Virus record (IMG/VR): IMGVR_UViG_2061766007_001531
Direction: 5' to 3' (one strand)
Source of the DNA: an uncultured virus (IMG/VR IMGVR_UViG_2061766007_001531)
Lineage: Duplodnaviria > Heunggongvirae > Uroviricota > Caudoviricetes
DNA: 48,866 bases
The notes below the pieces were generated by a model. The model had not been told where the DNA came from, did no database searches, and saw only the letters and a list, made by a program, of their open reading frames with translations. This document shows positions 17,132 through 27,749 of the stretch, piece after piece (positions within the stretch are counted from its first letter, which is position 1; each line of letters opens with the position of its first letter). A program made the translations under genes and the position numbers.

Positions 17132-18125
17132 TTGTAAAAATAGAGAATGGCAAGAAATGCCTTTGGGCAAAGCTAAAAATTTAACCAATCAAACATTTAC
17201 TTACTTAACGTGTTTATTTAGAGTTACTCCACCGAAAAATCGTCATGAAAAAAATCTCGGAGTTTGGTGGCTATGTAAATGTAAATGTGGAAATGAGGTA
17301 ATGTGTAAATCTACAGATATTATAAATAATAGAACAAAATCTTGTGGATGCTATCAAAAAGAAAATCTACATACATTAAACTTTAAAAATTTAACTAATC
17401 ATAGGTTTGGTAAATTAGTTGTTACCGGTTATAAACATAATTCAAATAATCTTTTAAGATGGATTTGTCAATGCGACTGTGGAAATATAACAGAAGTAAG
17501 TACTGGTAATTTAACTTCTGGACTTACCAAAAGTTGCGGTTGTTTACGTGGTTTTCAAAGTCACATAGATGCGGATAAGTATAATTTAATTGGTCAAAAA
17601 TTTGGTTTTCTAACAGTAATAGATAAAGTTCCTTGTCCAGATACTACACATAAAGCATACTATAAATGTAAATGTGATTGTGGAAATGAAACTATTGCTC
17701 AAGCCGGAGCTTTACGTAGCGGACAGCGTTGTTCTTGCGGTCAGTGTAATAACAAAATGTCACAAGGAGAATTAGAAATAAAACAAATTTTAGATCAAAA
17801 TAATATTGAATATATTTATGATAAACCATTTTTTAAAGATTTAATTATGACTGGCGGTGGTATTGGTAGATATGATTTTATTTTAATAAAAAATAATATA
17901 CCATATCGTCTTATAGAATTTGATGGACGGCAACATACTGATGAAATGTCATTATATTACTCTCATAATTATTATTATAAAGACGTTCAATTAAATGATA
18001 AAATTAAAAATCAATATGCTTTAAAACATCATATTCCATTAATTCGTATTCCATATACAAAATTAAGACACATTGGTTATAATGACATTATGGAAGATTC
18101 ATTTTTAGTAAAAGAAGGAGATTAA
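17115..18125 (+). CDS. Free-standing homing-type endonuclease (paralog of 11183-12070)
   Basis: Three CxCxCG/SCGC modules; YDF...LIEFDGRQH...IPLIRIPY. Confidence 0.8.
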   Translation: MKTGIDCKNREWQEMPLGKAKNLTNQTFTYLTCLFRVTPPKNRHEKNLGVWWLCKCKCGNEVMCKSTDIINNRTKSCGCYQKENLHTLNFKNLTNHRFGKLVVTGYKHNSNNLLRWICQCDCGNITEVSTGNLTSGLTKSCGCLRGFQSHIDADKYNLIGQKFGFLTVIDKVPCPDTTHKAYYKCKCDCGNETIAQAGALRSGQRCSCGQCNNKMSQGELEIKQILDQNNIEYIYDKPFFKDLIMTGGGIGRYDFILIKNNIPYRLIEFDGRQHTDEMSLYYSHNYYYKDVQLNDKIKNQYALKHHIPLIRIPYTKLRHIGYNDIMEDSFLVKEGD

Positions 18126-18126
18126 A

Positions 18127-18993
18127 TTGAGAGATATATTTTATTTTACTGATGTCCACGGATGCTACGATTTATATCGTGCGGCTATGGACTACTGTTT
18201 AGAACAAGATTCTGAATGTATTGTTATTTTTGGAGGAGACGCCATTGATCGCGGGCCGGACGGATATAAAATTATGAAAGAATTACTTGCAAATCCGCAA
18301 GTAATATATCTTAAAGGAAATCATGAAGATATGTTTGTTAAAGCCGCGCAATTCGTTTTAAATCACTATCATGGGGCATTAGATGGAGATTCGATATTTG
18401 ATTTCATTTATGAATGTGAATGTGGTGAAACCGATTATGCATATGATGTAAAATTATATATTTATAATGGTGGATATCAAACTTTAAATGATTGGATGTT
18501 AGATGGAATGCCAGTAGATGTTATCAATCGCGTTGAAGAACTTCCAATTACATTTAGTTATGAGGATATGGATTTTTGTCATGCAGGAGGAAATTATAAA
18601 GCCTTTCAGCGCGCATATAGAGATGAGTATGATGGACAATATGTAAATAAAGATGACTTTATGATACTTGTATGGGATAGAAACTATCTTGGGCAAGGAT
18701 GGGCTCCAGATCGGACGTGTATTTTTGGACATACGCCGACTCCCTATCTAGCAGCAAAATACTATGGACAAGATAAAAGTTTGTCTAATGTACATCCGTG
18801 CGCGTATAATGCCACTCTTGATGATAAATGGACTGGACGTAAAATTGATATGGACACGGGTGCTGTTGCGAGTGGTAAACTTTATGTTCTTAATATATTA
18901 ACTATGCAAGCACAAGGATTGTATGATAGAGAATTAGAGAGAGATGAAAAACGTAATCATGAGATCGAAAAAATTGAAGTGATTCAGTTTTAA
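18127..18993 (+). CDS. Metallophosphoesterase (Ser/Thr protein phosphatase-like)
   Basis: DVHG, GDAIDRG, GNHE, HAG, FGHT, DTG motifs. Confidence 0.9.
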   Translation: MRDIFYFTDVHGCYDLYRAAMDYCLEQDSECIVIFGGDAIDRGPDGYKIMKELLANPQVIYLKGNHEDMFVKAAQFVLNHYHGALDGDSIFDFIYECECGETDYAYDVKLYIYNGGYQTLNDWMLDGMPVDVINRVEELPITFSYEDMDFCHAGGNYKAFQRAYRDEYDGQYVNKDDFMILVWDRNYLGQGWAPDRTCIFGHTPTPYLAAKYYGQDKSLSNVHPCAYNATLDDKWTGRKIDMDTGAVASGKLYVLNILTMQAQGLYDRELERDEKRNHEIEKIEVIQF

Positions 18994-19068
18994 TACTATG
19001 ACTTAATTTTAAGAGGAAAGCCTATTTCTTTTGGGAATAGGCTTGTTTTATTTGAAGGAGGTGGAATT

Positions 19069-21036
19069 ATGTTACCGCCATTTGGACCATTTGTGTATTT
19101 AGATTCCCTCAATAATAAATATAAAGCCTATGCTTCTGGCGCGGCTACATATAGTACATTCAATCTTCAAAAAAATTCAAAAAATAATAGTGGTCAATTA
19201 ATCGACCCGATTAAATCAGCTATAACTTAGTTAACTAATATTGCCGATAGTTAGAACTAGATTGAACATTAGGCTATTTCAAATTATTTAAAAAAAATTG
19301 ATGAACATATAAAAGATCCAGACATTCCTGATTTATTGAAAAATAAATTAAAATAGCAAAAAGCATCTATTAAAAATATAGATTTTGAAAATTTTACTAC
19401 TAATCAATATGATTTAATTAATGCTATTAATACTATTTAGCAAGATTTAAATACATATAAAAGACGTTTACAAGAAATAGTAACTCCTGTTTCTTCTAAG
19501 GTGGCAAAACAAAGATTAGTTTTTGATATACGGCCTCGCGTTGAAAATTTTTTAATGGGAGAAAAACGTACAAAAAAAACTAGTCAACGTAGTATACAAC
19601 GAGATATTAAAATAAAAGAAAAAATTAAACAAGCTTTGGGCACAAAAATAAAACCCCCAGAATTAGCTTAGGAAATTATATCATTAGTTTTTATAGATTT
19701 TAATAACTGGACTGAAAATAATAAAGGTATTTCTTATAATAAAATTTTACCAAAAGATATTGATGAGTTATTTTCTGAATATGAAGAAGGATTTAAAAAA
19801 AGAGATATGCATGGTTAGGAAACTCATTTATAGAGAATCATTAAAACTAATAGTAAAGAACTTATTACTTTAGCAAATGATGTAAAAAAAGAATTACATA
19901 GTACATATTTAAGTCAGCAAGAATATCAATTATTAAAAGATTTTGCTGATTCACCAGATAAATATAATGAAAAAGGAGAAAAGATATAGGAAAATAGAGT
20001 AATAAAAGATATTACTTATAGTAAAAGATAGGCAAAAAATTTAGTTGAAACATATAATGCTAATATTGATTCACAAGAAGGAAATATATATGCTTTTAAT
20101 TACCATACAGCAACTTCTCATGGTAATTTCTTTGAAGTTTTTTCTACTATTATTTCTTCAGGTGTTAATGTTGGCGGTAATGTTGGCGCTGATTTAATTA
20201 TTCCTATAGGTACTATTACTATTACAAAAAAAGAATAGTAGGAACAAAAAAAATTAATGACATTATCAGATTCAATAAGTAAAATATTAACAGATAATTT
20301 TAATCAACAACAAGAATATACTATAGACAATTTTAAATCTCAAATTGAATGTCAACAAAAATTATCTGATAGTTTATAGGAAAAAATGTCATTAACAGAA
20401 AAAGCATTACAAAAAATTTCCTCTGATGGAGAACAATTTTTTATTGCGCATGAATCTTTAAAATTATATCGTGGTGTAGAAACAAAAAATTCTAAATTTG
20501 AAGAATTTCATGGAAGAGAAATGAATATATTATCCGCCTTATCAAAATTATACGCTTCTCCAATACTTTCTGATAGTATGATTTCTTCAGAGCATCTTAT
20601 AACTTATTTAATTAATATTAGTAATGCTACACTTGCAAATAATAAAGAGCCATTAGAAACATATTTATCTCTATTTGCTGGCTTATTAATGTTTGATGAT
20701 ATAAAGTCATTAGCAGAAACTAGTATAGCAAGTGTTCGTGACCAAATACAAACTTAGAAATTAAATTGTATACATTTATATAATATTGGTGGAATATATA
20801 TGCCAGTATCTATATTTCTATATAACTTAATCGAATAGTTATAGAATGGTTTGACAATTATAGATAATACTAATACAGCAACTGCTAGTATAGAAGGAAA
20901 AGATCCATCAGAACCAGAAACTTCTACACTTGAAGATTGGAATCAATTGGCTCAGAATACCATATCTTCGACAACTATTTAGATTCATTTTTTAAAAGAT
21001 TTTACAGACTATATTGCTAATTTATTTAGTAATTAA
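19069..21036 (+). CDS. Large hypothetical protein (655 aa) with 18 in-frame TAG
   Basis: SD AAGGAGG, ATG19069, no TAA/TGA in frame until TAA 21034-21036; in frame with ORF 20386-20757. Confidence 0.85.
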
Positions 21037-21065
21037 TTTATATTTTTCAAAGGGGGTGATGCACA

Positions 21066-21500
21066 ATGTCCAAACTTGCTGACTTCTTTCTCGGTTTTAA
21101 AAAACGTTATGATGCTCAAGTCATAAGAAATGAAAAAATGGATGAATTCCTATTAACTGCTAAAGATAATTTTGGTAAAATTGATACAATGAACACATCA
21201 ATTACAAATCTTAGTACAAAAGTAGGAACGCTAGAAGCAAAAGTAGATGAACTATAGGGCACCATGACAGATATGGGTGAACGCTTAGAGGTTATAGGTA
21301 AAGGTACAAAAATTGAACTTCTAGAAACACTATATCGCTGGCGTAAATTACTAGTCGAACGTGGCTGGAAAACAAAAGAAGAAATGAAAGAAGTCCAGGA
21401 ATTGTATGAAATATACAATAAAAAACTTGAAGGTAATGGTCAAGGAACTCAATACTATCATGATATAGAAGCATTACCCGAAAAAGAAATTGCCCAATAA
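21066..21500 (+). CDS. Coiled-coil protein resembling holin/lysis-cassette-associated proteins; 1 in-frame TAG (21255)
   Basis: Joins ORFs 21066 and 21264 in frame; C-terminal Y..Y...L.GNG.G..Y...I.ALP pattern. Confidence 0.65.
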
Positions 21501-21529
21501 TTGACTTTTTACAAAAATTATATTATAAT
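21501..21529 (+). promoter_or_regulatory. sigmaA promoter
   Basis: TTGACT-17-TATAAT. Confidence 0.85.
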
Positions 21530-21554
21530 ATAATTAAGTAGGAAGGAGGAAATT

Positions 21555-22073
21555 ATGATTCAAGAGAAAAGAAGCAGAGCGCAAATTGCACAACTTGAAA
21601 TATATACAGATGGTTCGTGTAAAAAATTAGGAACCAATGCAACATTTGGCGGCTGGAGCTTCATTGCTCTTAGGGGCGGAGAACGAATTTATGAGGTTGC
21701 CGGAAGCGAATATGGGACCACAAATCAGCGTATGGAGTTAATGGCGATACGTAATGCCTTAGAATTCGCGCAAAAGAACCGGCATCCTAATGAAAGCGTA
21801 GTAATTTATAGTGATTCAGCCTACGCCATTAATTGTTACAATGATGAATGGTATGAAAATTGGCAGCGCAATGGTTGGGTAAATTCCAAAGGAGAAGACG
21901 TTGCTAATCAGGATTTGTGGATTCCCATAATTCCTTTCTTTGATGATTTTTGGTATCATTTCTCTAAAGTAAAAGGACACGGTTCTAATTATTGGAACAA
22001 TGAATGTGACCGCTTGGCACAAATAGAAGCACAAAAACTTAAAGATAATTTTAAAGGAGAGCAATATGGATAA
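21555..22073 (+). CDS. rnhA: Ribonuclease HI
   Basis: IYTDGS, TTNQRMEL, YSDSAY, VANQDLW, KVKGH, NECDRLA. Confidence 0.93.
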   Translation: MIQEKRSRAQIAQLEIYTDGSCKKLGTNATFGGWSFIALRGGERIYEVAGSEYGTTNQRMELMAIRNALEFAQKNRHPNESVVIYSDSAYAINCYNDEWYENWQRNGWVNSKGEDVANQDLWIPIIPFFDDFWYHFSKVKGHGSNYWNNECDRLAQIEAQKLKDNFKGEQYG

Positions 22074-22401
22074 TAGTATTTATGAAGTTGAACGCGATGA
22101 ATATGTTGGTTTTATTAGCCAACTAAACAAAGAAATGATGGATGTTGAACAGTTTTATGAAGATGATCTTACTATCATGAAAATTAAAAGTAAGAATACT
22201 GGTATTCATCTTTGCACACGCATTATCCCTACAGAGGGCGCAGAACACTATTACGTGTTTCACATGCCCGCGGATGATGAACGTATCGCGCCGAAACCCG
22301 TAATGAAAATTACTCTTGATAATAAAGAAGAGGTTCAAGCATTTTTTGACGCATTGAACAAACTCCAATTGGAGGCGAAAAAGGATGCAGGAGATATTTG
22401 A
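22066..22401 (+). CDS. Hypothetical protein
   Basis: SD AAGGAG. Confidence 0.7.
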   Translation: MDNSIYEVERDEYVGFISQLNKEMMDVEQFYEDDLTIMKIKSKNTGIHLCTRIIPTEGAEHYYVFHMPADDERIAPKPVMKITLDNKEEVQAFFDALNKLQLEAKKDAGDI

Positions 22402-22591
22402 AAATGTTAGTGATAAAGTAAAAGAAATCGCTGAAATTGCTTGGCGTCTTGCTATGGCACAACATAATCCAATGGGGGCGGCAGAATTTCTTGATAATGT
22501 TACTAACTATTATGATAAATTATTAAATGAAGAAGAAATAGAATTTCTCCGCTTCTATTTCAATATGAAGATGGAGATGATGAAAGAATGA
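22385..22591 (+). CDS. Hypothetical protein
   Basis: SD GGAGG. Confidence 0.65.
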   Translation: MQEIFENVSDKVKEIAEIAWRLAMAQHNPMGAAEFLDNVTNYYDKLLNEEEIEFLRFYFNMKMEMMKE

Positions 22592-23145
22592 AAGGTACAA
22601 TTATTATTAGTGGTAAATCTGGTAGCGGTAAAGACATGATGGCTCAGTTTATGAAAGAAGAACTCGCCAAACATGGACAGAAGGCATTAGTTATTCATTT
22701 CGCTGATGCAGTTAAGTGGTTTTGCCGTGATTTTTTAGATTGGGATGGTAAAAAAGATGAGGTCGGACGCACGCTTCTACAAATGGTAGGAACCGATATT
22801 GTGCGCGCAAAGCATCCTAATTTTTGGACTGGCATTGTAGTTGGATTAATTCAGGCATTTGAACCTACAAGTAACTTCGATGTTGCTATCGTACCAGATG
22901 CTCGATTCCCTAATGAAGTTGATATTTCATTAGAAAATTTAAAGAATTGTGTTAGTATACGTATTGAACGTACAGAAAATGGAGAACCTTGGATTAATCC
23001 AGTTCTTACAGAAGAACAGCGCAATCATCCAAGTGAAACTTCTCTTGATTGTTTTGCATTTGATTATGTAGTACATAATGATGAAGGACTAGAATTATTA
23101 AGAGAAAGTGCTGAAACAATACTTAAAGATTTAAAATATATTTAA
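22588..23145 (+). CDS. Deoxynucleoside monophosphate kinase-like P-loop protein
   Basis: ISGKSGSGKD, FAD.VK, R.LLQ..GTD, DARFPNE, H.SET.LD. Confidence 0.85.
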   Translation: MKGTIIISGKSGSGKDMMAQFMKEELAKHGQKALVIHFADAVKWFCRDFLDWDGKKDEVGRTLLQMVGTDIVRAKHPNFWTGIVVGLIQAFEPTSNFDVAIVPDARFPNEVDISLENLKNCVSIRIERTENGEPWINPVLTEEQRNHPSETSLDCFAFDYVVHNDEGLELLRESAETILKDLKYI

Positions 23146-23155
23146 GGAGAATAAT

Positions 23156-24289
23156 ATGGATTATTTTACTAGTGAACCTATGAAATATTTTGCCCCTCCG
23201 AATACTATGAGTCCAGAAATGCGTAGAACTAAGCTAGAGCAGATGATCGATAGTGGAAACTACGTATTTGGGCTTAAAACAGATGGTAACTGGTCTCGTG
23301 CCGTTATTACTGGTGATAGACAAGCACTACAAACACGCGGTATATCTACTGTAACTAAAACCTATGGTGAAATTCAAGACAAGGTACTTTTTTGGAATGA
23401 CGTTTGTGATGCTTTTATTACGGGTAACTTACAGACAGTTATATTAGGAGAAGTATATCTGCCTGGCGCAATTGATAAAGATGTCGGCGCGATTTTGCGT
23501 TGTCTTACTCCAAAAGCACTAGCACGTCAGAAAGATAACCCACTTCGTTGGAGAATCTTTGATGTCCTTGCGCTTGACGGTACAGATCTGATGAATGAGC
23601 CATTTGAAGTACGAATTGCTCATATTCCAGAAGTTGTTGGCAGAATTAATTCTCCTTTAGTTGAAGGAGTCACTTATTATGAGATGGATGATACATTCTT
23701 TGATAAAATGGGTGAAATCTTTGCTGCTGGTGGAGAAGGATGTGTTTGTTATAGAAAGGATTCTATTTATATTCCTGGCAAGCGTGGTCCTCATGCTTGG
23801 GATACTGTTAAAGTAAAGCAGGAAATTTCATCTGAAATTGATGCCTTTATTACAGGTATTGTACCAGGCGAACGTATTTATACCGGTAAAGATCTTGCAA
23901 CCTGGCAGCTGTGGGAAAATCAGCGTACCGGTGAAAAAATAATAGGTTCATATTTTGGTGAATATCAAACTGGCGGCGCTTATATTCCAGTCACTAAAAA
24001 CTATTTTAATGATTGGCCTGGTGCGATTCAAGTGTCAGTTTATGATAATAATAAAAATGAGGTTCCATTGTGTAAGGTGTCGGGTCTAACGGAAGATTTT
24101 AAAACCTCTCTGCGCGATGACCCCAAGAGATGGATTGGATGCCCAGTTTCAATCTCTGGCATGATGGTAAGCTCGGCGAAAGCAGATTCCGAAGGTAATG
24201 GTATTTCTATTCGCCATCCGCTTCTCAAGCGAATTAGAGAAAATGATATTACCAAGGAAGATTGCACACTCGCTAAAATTTTAGAATAA
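23156..24289 (+). CDS. ATP-dependent DNA ligase
   Basis: KTDG (KxDG), GEVY, FDVL, EGCV, KVK, RHP motifs. Confidence 0.88.
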   Translation: MDYFTSEPMKYFAPPNTMSPEMRRTKLEQMIDSGNYVFGLKTDGNWSRAVITGDRQALQTRGISTVTKTYGEIQDKVLFWNDVCDAFITGNLQTVILGEVYLPGAIDKDVGAILRCLTPKALARQKDNPLRWRIFDVLALDGTDLMNEPFEVRIAHIPEVVGRINSPLVEGVTYYEMDDTFFDKMGEIFAAGGEGCVCYRKDSIYIPGKRGPHAWDTVKVKQEISSEIDAFITGIVPGERIYTGKDLATWQLWENQRTGEKIIGSYFGEYQTGGAYIPVTKNYFNDWPGAIQVSVYDNNKNEVPLCKVSGLTEDFKTSLRDDPKRWIGCPVSISGMMVSSAKADSEGNGISIRHPLLKRIRENDITKEDCTLAKILE

Positions 24290-24318
24290 GTGTAAGTAAT
24301 TACACGAAGGAGGTTTAT

Positions 24319-24924
24319 ATGGATTTAGAAGAACTATTTAATGCGTTACAAACATCTGGATTTGATCCTTCTTTGTATCAGTATTTTAATTAGTTAATAA
24401 ATCATAGAACTATTATATTCAATTGTGACGTGCAAGAAGATTTAATTGAAAAGGTATTTATTCCTTTAAGAGATTTTGAATTAGATGATTCAACGGAGCC
24501 TGTAACTATTATTATGAATAGTAGCGGTGGATCTGTATCTGATGGATTTTTCCTTGCACATTATATATCCCAATATTCAAAACCTTTGAATATTATAGTC
24601 CCTGGCTATGCCTGCTCTATGGCTGCAGTTATATTAGCTGGCGGCGGTAAGAATGAAAATGTTATTAGAAGTTGTTTCCCCTGTTCTTATGCTCTGATTC
24701 ATGATGGATATGTAGCGCTTTCCGCGCAAGAGACAAAGACTGCAAATGATATCATGGCTTTTAATGATAGCGTTGATAGACAAATTAAAGAGTTCTTTGT
24801 AACAAATACTGATATTACAGAAGAAGAGTATGATTCCCACACTCGTCATCAGTGGTTCCTTAATTCAGATGAAATGCTGAAATTTGGCCTCATTGATAGA
24901 GTATACGGAAAGACAGAGGAGTGA
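24319..24924 (+). CDS. clpP: ClpP-family protease; 1 in-frame TAG (24391)
   Basis: SD AAGGAGG at the true start; NSSGGSV, ACSMAA (Ser), LIHDG (His), FGLID. Confidence 0.85.
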
Positions 24925-24928
24925 GATT

Positions 24929-26170
24929 ATGGAAATTAAACATTGGGCAGATACATCTGCTCTTTTACATTAGCCATTAATGGATTCTCAGGTACAAATA
25001 GCAATTAGTTCGATTACATTACAAGAATTAGAGCATATTAAAAATAGTGATAAAGAAAGCACATAGACTAAATTTAAGGCCCGCGAAGCAGTACGATAGA
25101 TATTAACATCTAATAAATTTGATGTTATAATGACCGATAATCATAAAATTGATAAAATGTTAAAGAAATATCCTTTCTTAAGCAATATAAATGATCATCG
25201 TATACTTTGCGCTGCGGAAATTTATGCCAATGAGGTAGGTCGTGATATAATATTTTTAACAAGCGACGCGCTTCAATATCTATCAGCATTATATATGCCG
25301 CATCTAGAAGCGGTATATCCAATGGGCACTGAATTAACAGAAAAATATGAAGAAGAATGGGCTGGCTGGGGAAATTATTATCCTAGTGAATCAGAAATGG
25401 CATTTTTATATGCCGATCCTAAAATTAATAGTTTAAAATGTAAAGTGAATGAATATGCCAAAGTTTACGAAGGAACAACCTTAAAAGATATTGTCTTTTG
25501 GAATGGACAAGAATATCGTCCATTAAAATATAAAGAAATTAAAAATGAATTTTTGGGGCAAACTATTCATCCACTAAATATTGAACAGAAAATGGCATTT
25601 GATTTATTACAAAATCCCGAAGTACCGGTAAAATTACTTACCGGTGTGCCAGGTAGTGGCAAAGACTTCTTAATGTTCTTACACGCTTGGGATTTAGTAC
25701 AAAAAGGGAAGAAAGATAAGATTATATTTATTCGTAACTTAGTTCCATTTAAAGATGCGCCAGAAATTGGATTCCTTGAAGGTTCTCTCCAAAAGAAAAT
25801 TGAATGGGGTCTAGGCCCAATAGCTAGTATATTAGGTGAAGAGGGACTTAGAAACGCACAAGATCGAGGTATGATTGAAGCTGTTAATTTAGGATTCATT
25901 CGTGGAATGAGCTGGGATAATGTAATTTTATATGTATCCGAAGGACAGAATATTACTGGCGGCGGTTATAAACTATTAGTTAGTCGTTGTGGTAAAGGTT
26001 CTGAACTTTGGATTAATGGTGATACTTTACAGACCGACGGAAAGAAATTTGAAAGCAATAACGGTATTGAAAGATTACTTGGTTCTTTAAGTGGAAATAA
26101 GTTATTTGGTACCGTTAAACTCTTAAAGACAGAACGTTCACCTGTCGCAGAATTAGCAAGTAATATATAA
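24929..26170 (+). CDS. PIN-PhoH fusion protein; 3 in-frame TAG (24971, 25064, 25097)
   Basis: PIN motifs DTSALL, LQELE, ND..I, LTSD; PhoH motifs GVPGSGK, IGFLEG, FIRG, SEGQN, SRCG, GD..Q.D. Confidence 0.88.
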
Positions 26171-26182
26171 GGAGAGATTAAT

Positions 26183-26353
26183 ATGAAGAAAGAATATACT
26201 GCTCCAAATGCAGAAAAATTAGAATTTAATTATGAAGAAACTGTAACTGCCTCTAGCACCCCTGGCCATAAGTATCGTCTATATACCGATGGATACTTTG
26301 CTTGCCGCGAGACAGCTACTGATATTTGGGTCGATGAACCTACTAATCCATAA
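26183..26353 (+). CDS. RiPP-like precursor peptide 1 (56 aa)
   Basis: MKKEYTAPNAEKLEFNYEETVTAS-STPGHKYRLYTDGYFACRETATDIWVDEPTNP; SD AAGGAG. Confidence 0.75.
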   Translation: MKKEYTAPNAEKLEFNYEETVTASSTPGHKYRLYTDGYFACRETATDIWVDEPTNP

Positions 26354-26366
26354 GGAGTGAATTAAA

Positions 26367-26555
26367 ATGAAAATCTATAATACTCCAGTAGCCGAAAAAC
26401 TTACATTCGACTATGAAGAAAACGTAACTGCTTCTCAAACCGGTCCTCATCATGGCGATGTTGGTCATGGCGTTGGTATGGGCGGAGGATGCGATCATGT
26501 TCCAGGGCATGGTAATCCAAAGTCCGATCATCCGGTTTTTGGTGGATGTGATTAA
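26367..26555 (+). CDS. RiPP-like precursor peptide 2 (62 aa)
   Basis: Same leader (MKIYNTPVAEKLTFDYEENVTAS); Gly/His/Cys core with repeated GGCD. Confidence 0.75.
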   Translation: MKIYNTPVAEKLTFDYEENVTASQTGPHHGDVGHGVGMGGGCDHVPGHGNPKSDHPVFGGCD

Positions 26556-26591
26556 TAAGTAGGCTGCGGTTACTATAAGGAGGGAAATAAT

Positions 26592-26801
26592 ATGAAAGAA
26601 TATATTACACCTATGGCACAGAAATTTGAATTTGATTATTCTGAAAATGTAACTGCTTCTAGTGCATGCAGTTATACCACAACAGATGTAAGTACTCAGT
26701 GGTGGGAATGTCATACTCGTTATGATTACGGTGATTCACCAACAGTTTGCGGATCACATGCTGAGATGTCAACCCCATATTGGGTATGTAAAAACAATTA
26801 A
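26592..26801 (+). CDS. RiPP-like precursor peptide 3 (69 aa)
   Basis: Same leader (MKEYITPMAQKFEFDYSENVTAS); core with 4 Cys, rich in Ser/Thr/Trp/Tyr. Confidence 0.75.
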   Translation: MKEYITPMAQKFEFDYSENVTASSACSYTTTDVSTQWWECHTRYDYGDSPTVCGSHAEMSTPYWVCKNN

Positions 26802-26807
26802 TAATAA

Positions 26808-26865
26808 GATGGGCGCTTCGGCGCCCATTTTTTTATTTGACTTTTTTTAAATTTTATGTTATAAT
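26808..26865 (+). terminator. Terminator followed by sigmaA promoter (26837-26865)
   Basis: ATGGGCGC-TTCG-GCGCCCAT plus T run; TTGACT-17-TATAAT. Confidence 0.85.
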
Positions 26866-26888
26866 AAAAGAAAAAAGGAGTATCACAT

Positions 26889-27185
26889 ATGTACGAATAT
26901 CAAACAACCTTCATGCAGGATTTTGCCGCGATTGAAGATTTGGGCGAAATCGAAATTAAAGAATTGGCTGAAAAACTTTTTCAGTTATGGAAAGATGATA
27001 TTGTTCATTTAACAGAACTTGTTATGGTTATTAATCATAGAAGTTGGTATTGGTATAATGTAGATGACGAGTTATGTACTATTTATACCGAACTTTATTA
27101 TGAATATGATGAAAAAGCTATTAATTATTTAGAGAGTAAAGGTAATGAAGAAGATTTAAGTTACTTCTTTAGAACTCTCGATTAA
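26889..27185 (+). CDS. Hypothetical phage protein
   Basis: SD AAGGAG; TTF..DF...LTELVMV.NH..W motif. Confidence 0.75.
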   Translation: MYEYQTTFMQDFAAIEDLGEIEIKELAEKLFQLWKDDIVHLTELVMVINHRSWYWYNVDDELCTIYTELYYEYDEKAINYLESKGNEEDLSYFFRTLD

Positions 27186-27194
27186 GGAGGATTT

Positions 27195-27740
27195 ATGAAG
27201 ATTTATTTAGCAGGACCAATTTTTACATACGGTGATCTACTTCGTAATACTGAGTGGGCAGCTAAAATTCGTGCGGCTGTGCCTGGAGTAGATTTATATT
27301 CTCCTGTTGAAAACACTGATATTAATGGTGTTGAAGGTAAGAAAAAGTTTGCAGGTTCTCAAGAAATTGCTAATAGTGATAATATCAGATTAAATAATAC
27401 TGATATTCTTGTGGCTTGCATTGATGGTGATGTTCTTCCATCAGGCACTTGCGCCGAAATCGGTAAATTTCACGAAAAGATTGAACGCGGAGATCATAAA
27501 TATATTGTTGGTATTTGTACTGATAATAGACAAATGTTTCTTACTCATAGTGAAGCCAAAGATAAGGGCGGTGCCGCCTCTCTTGGCGAACAACAGTATA
27601 GTTATCAGAACCTATATGTAACAGGATTAATTAAGCAAGGCGGTATTCTTGTAAGTAATATTGAAGATGCTATTGCTTTTATTAAAGAACACGAAAGTGA
27701 ATTTAAACCCAAAGAAGAGTTTAGATCTGATTGGGTATAA
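27195..27740 (+). CDS. Nucleoside 2-deoxyribosyltransferase family protein
   Basis: KIYLAGPIF, YSP, D......DILVA.IDG...SGT.AEIG. Confidence 0.85.
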   Translation: MKIYLAGPIFTYGDLLRNTEWAAKIRAAVPGVDLYSPVENTDINGVEGKKKFAGSQEIANSDNIRLNNTDILVACIDGDVLPSGTCAEIGKFHEKIERGDHKYIVGICTDNRQMFLTHSEAKDKGGAASLGEQQYSYQNLYVTGLIKQGGILVSNIEDAIAFIKEHESEFKPKEEFRSDWV

Positions 27741-27749
27741 GGAGGAAAT

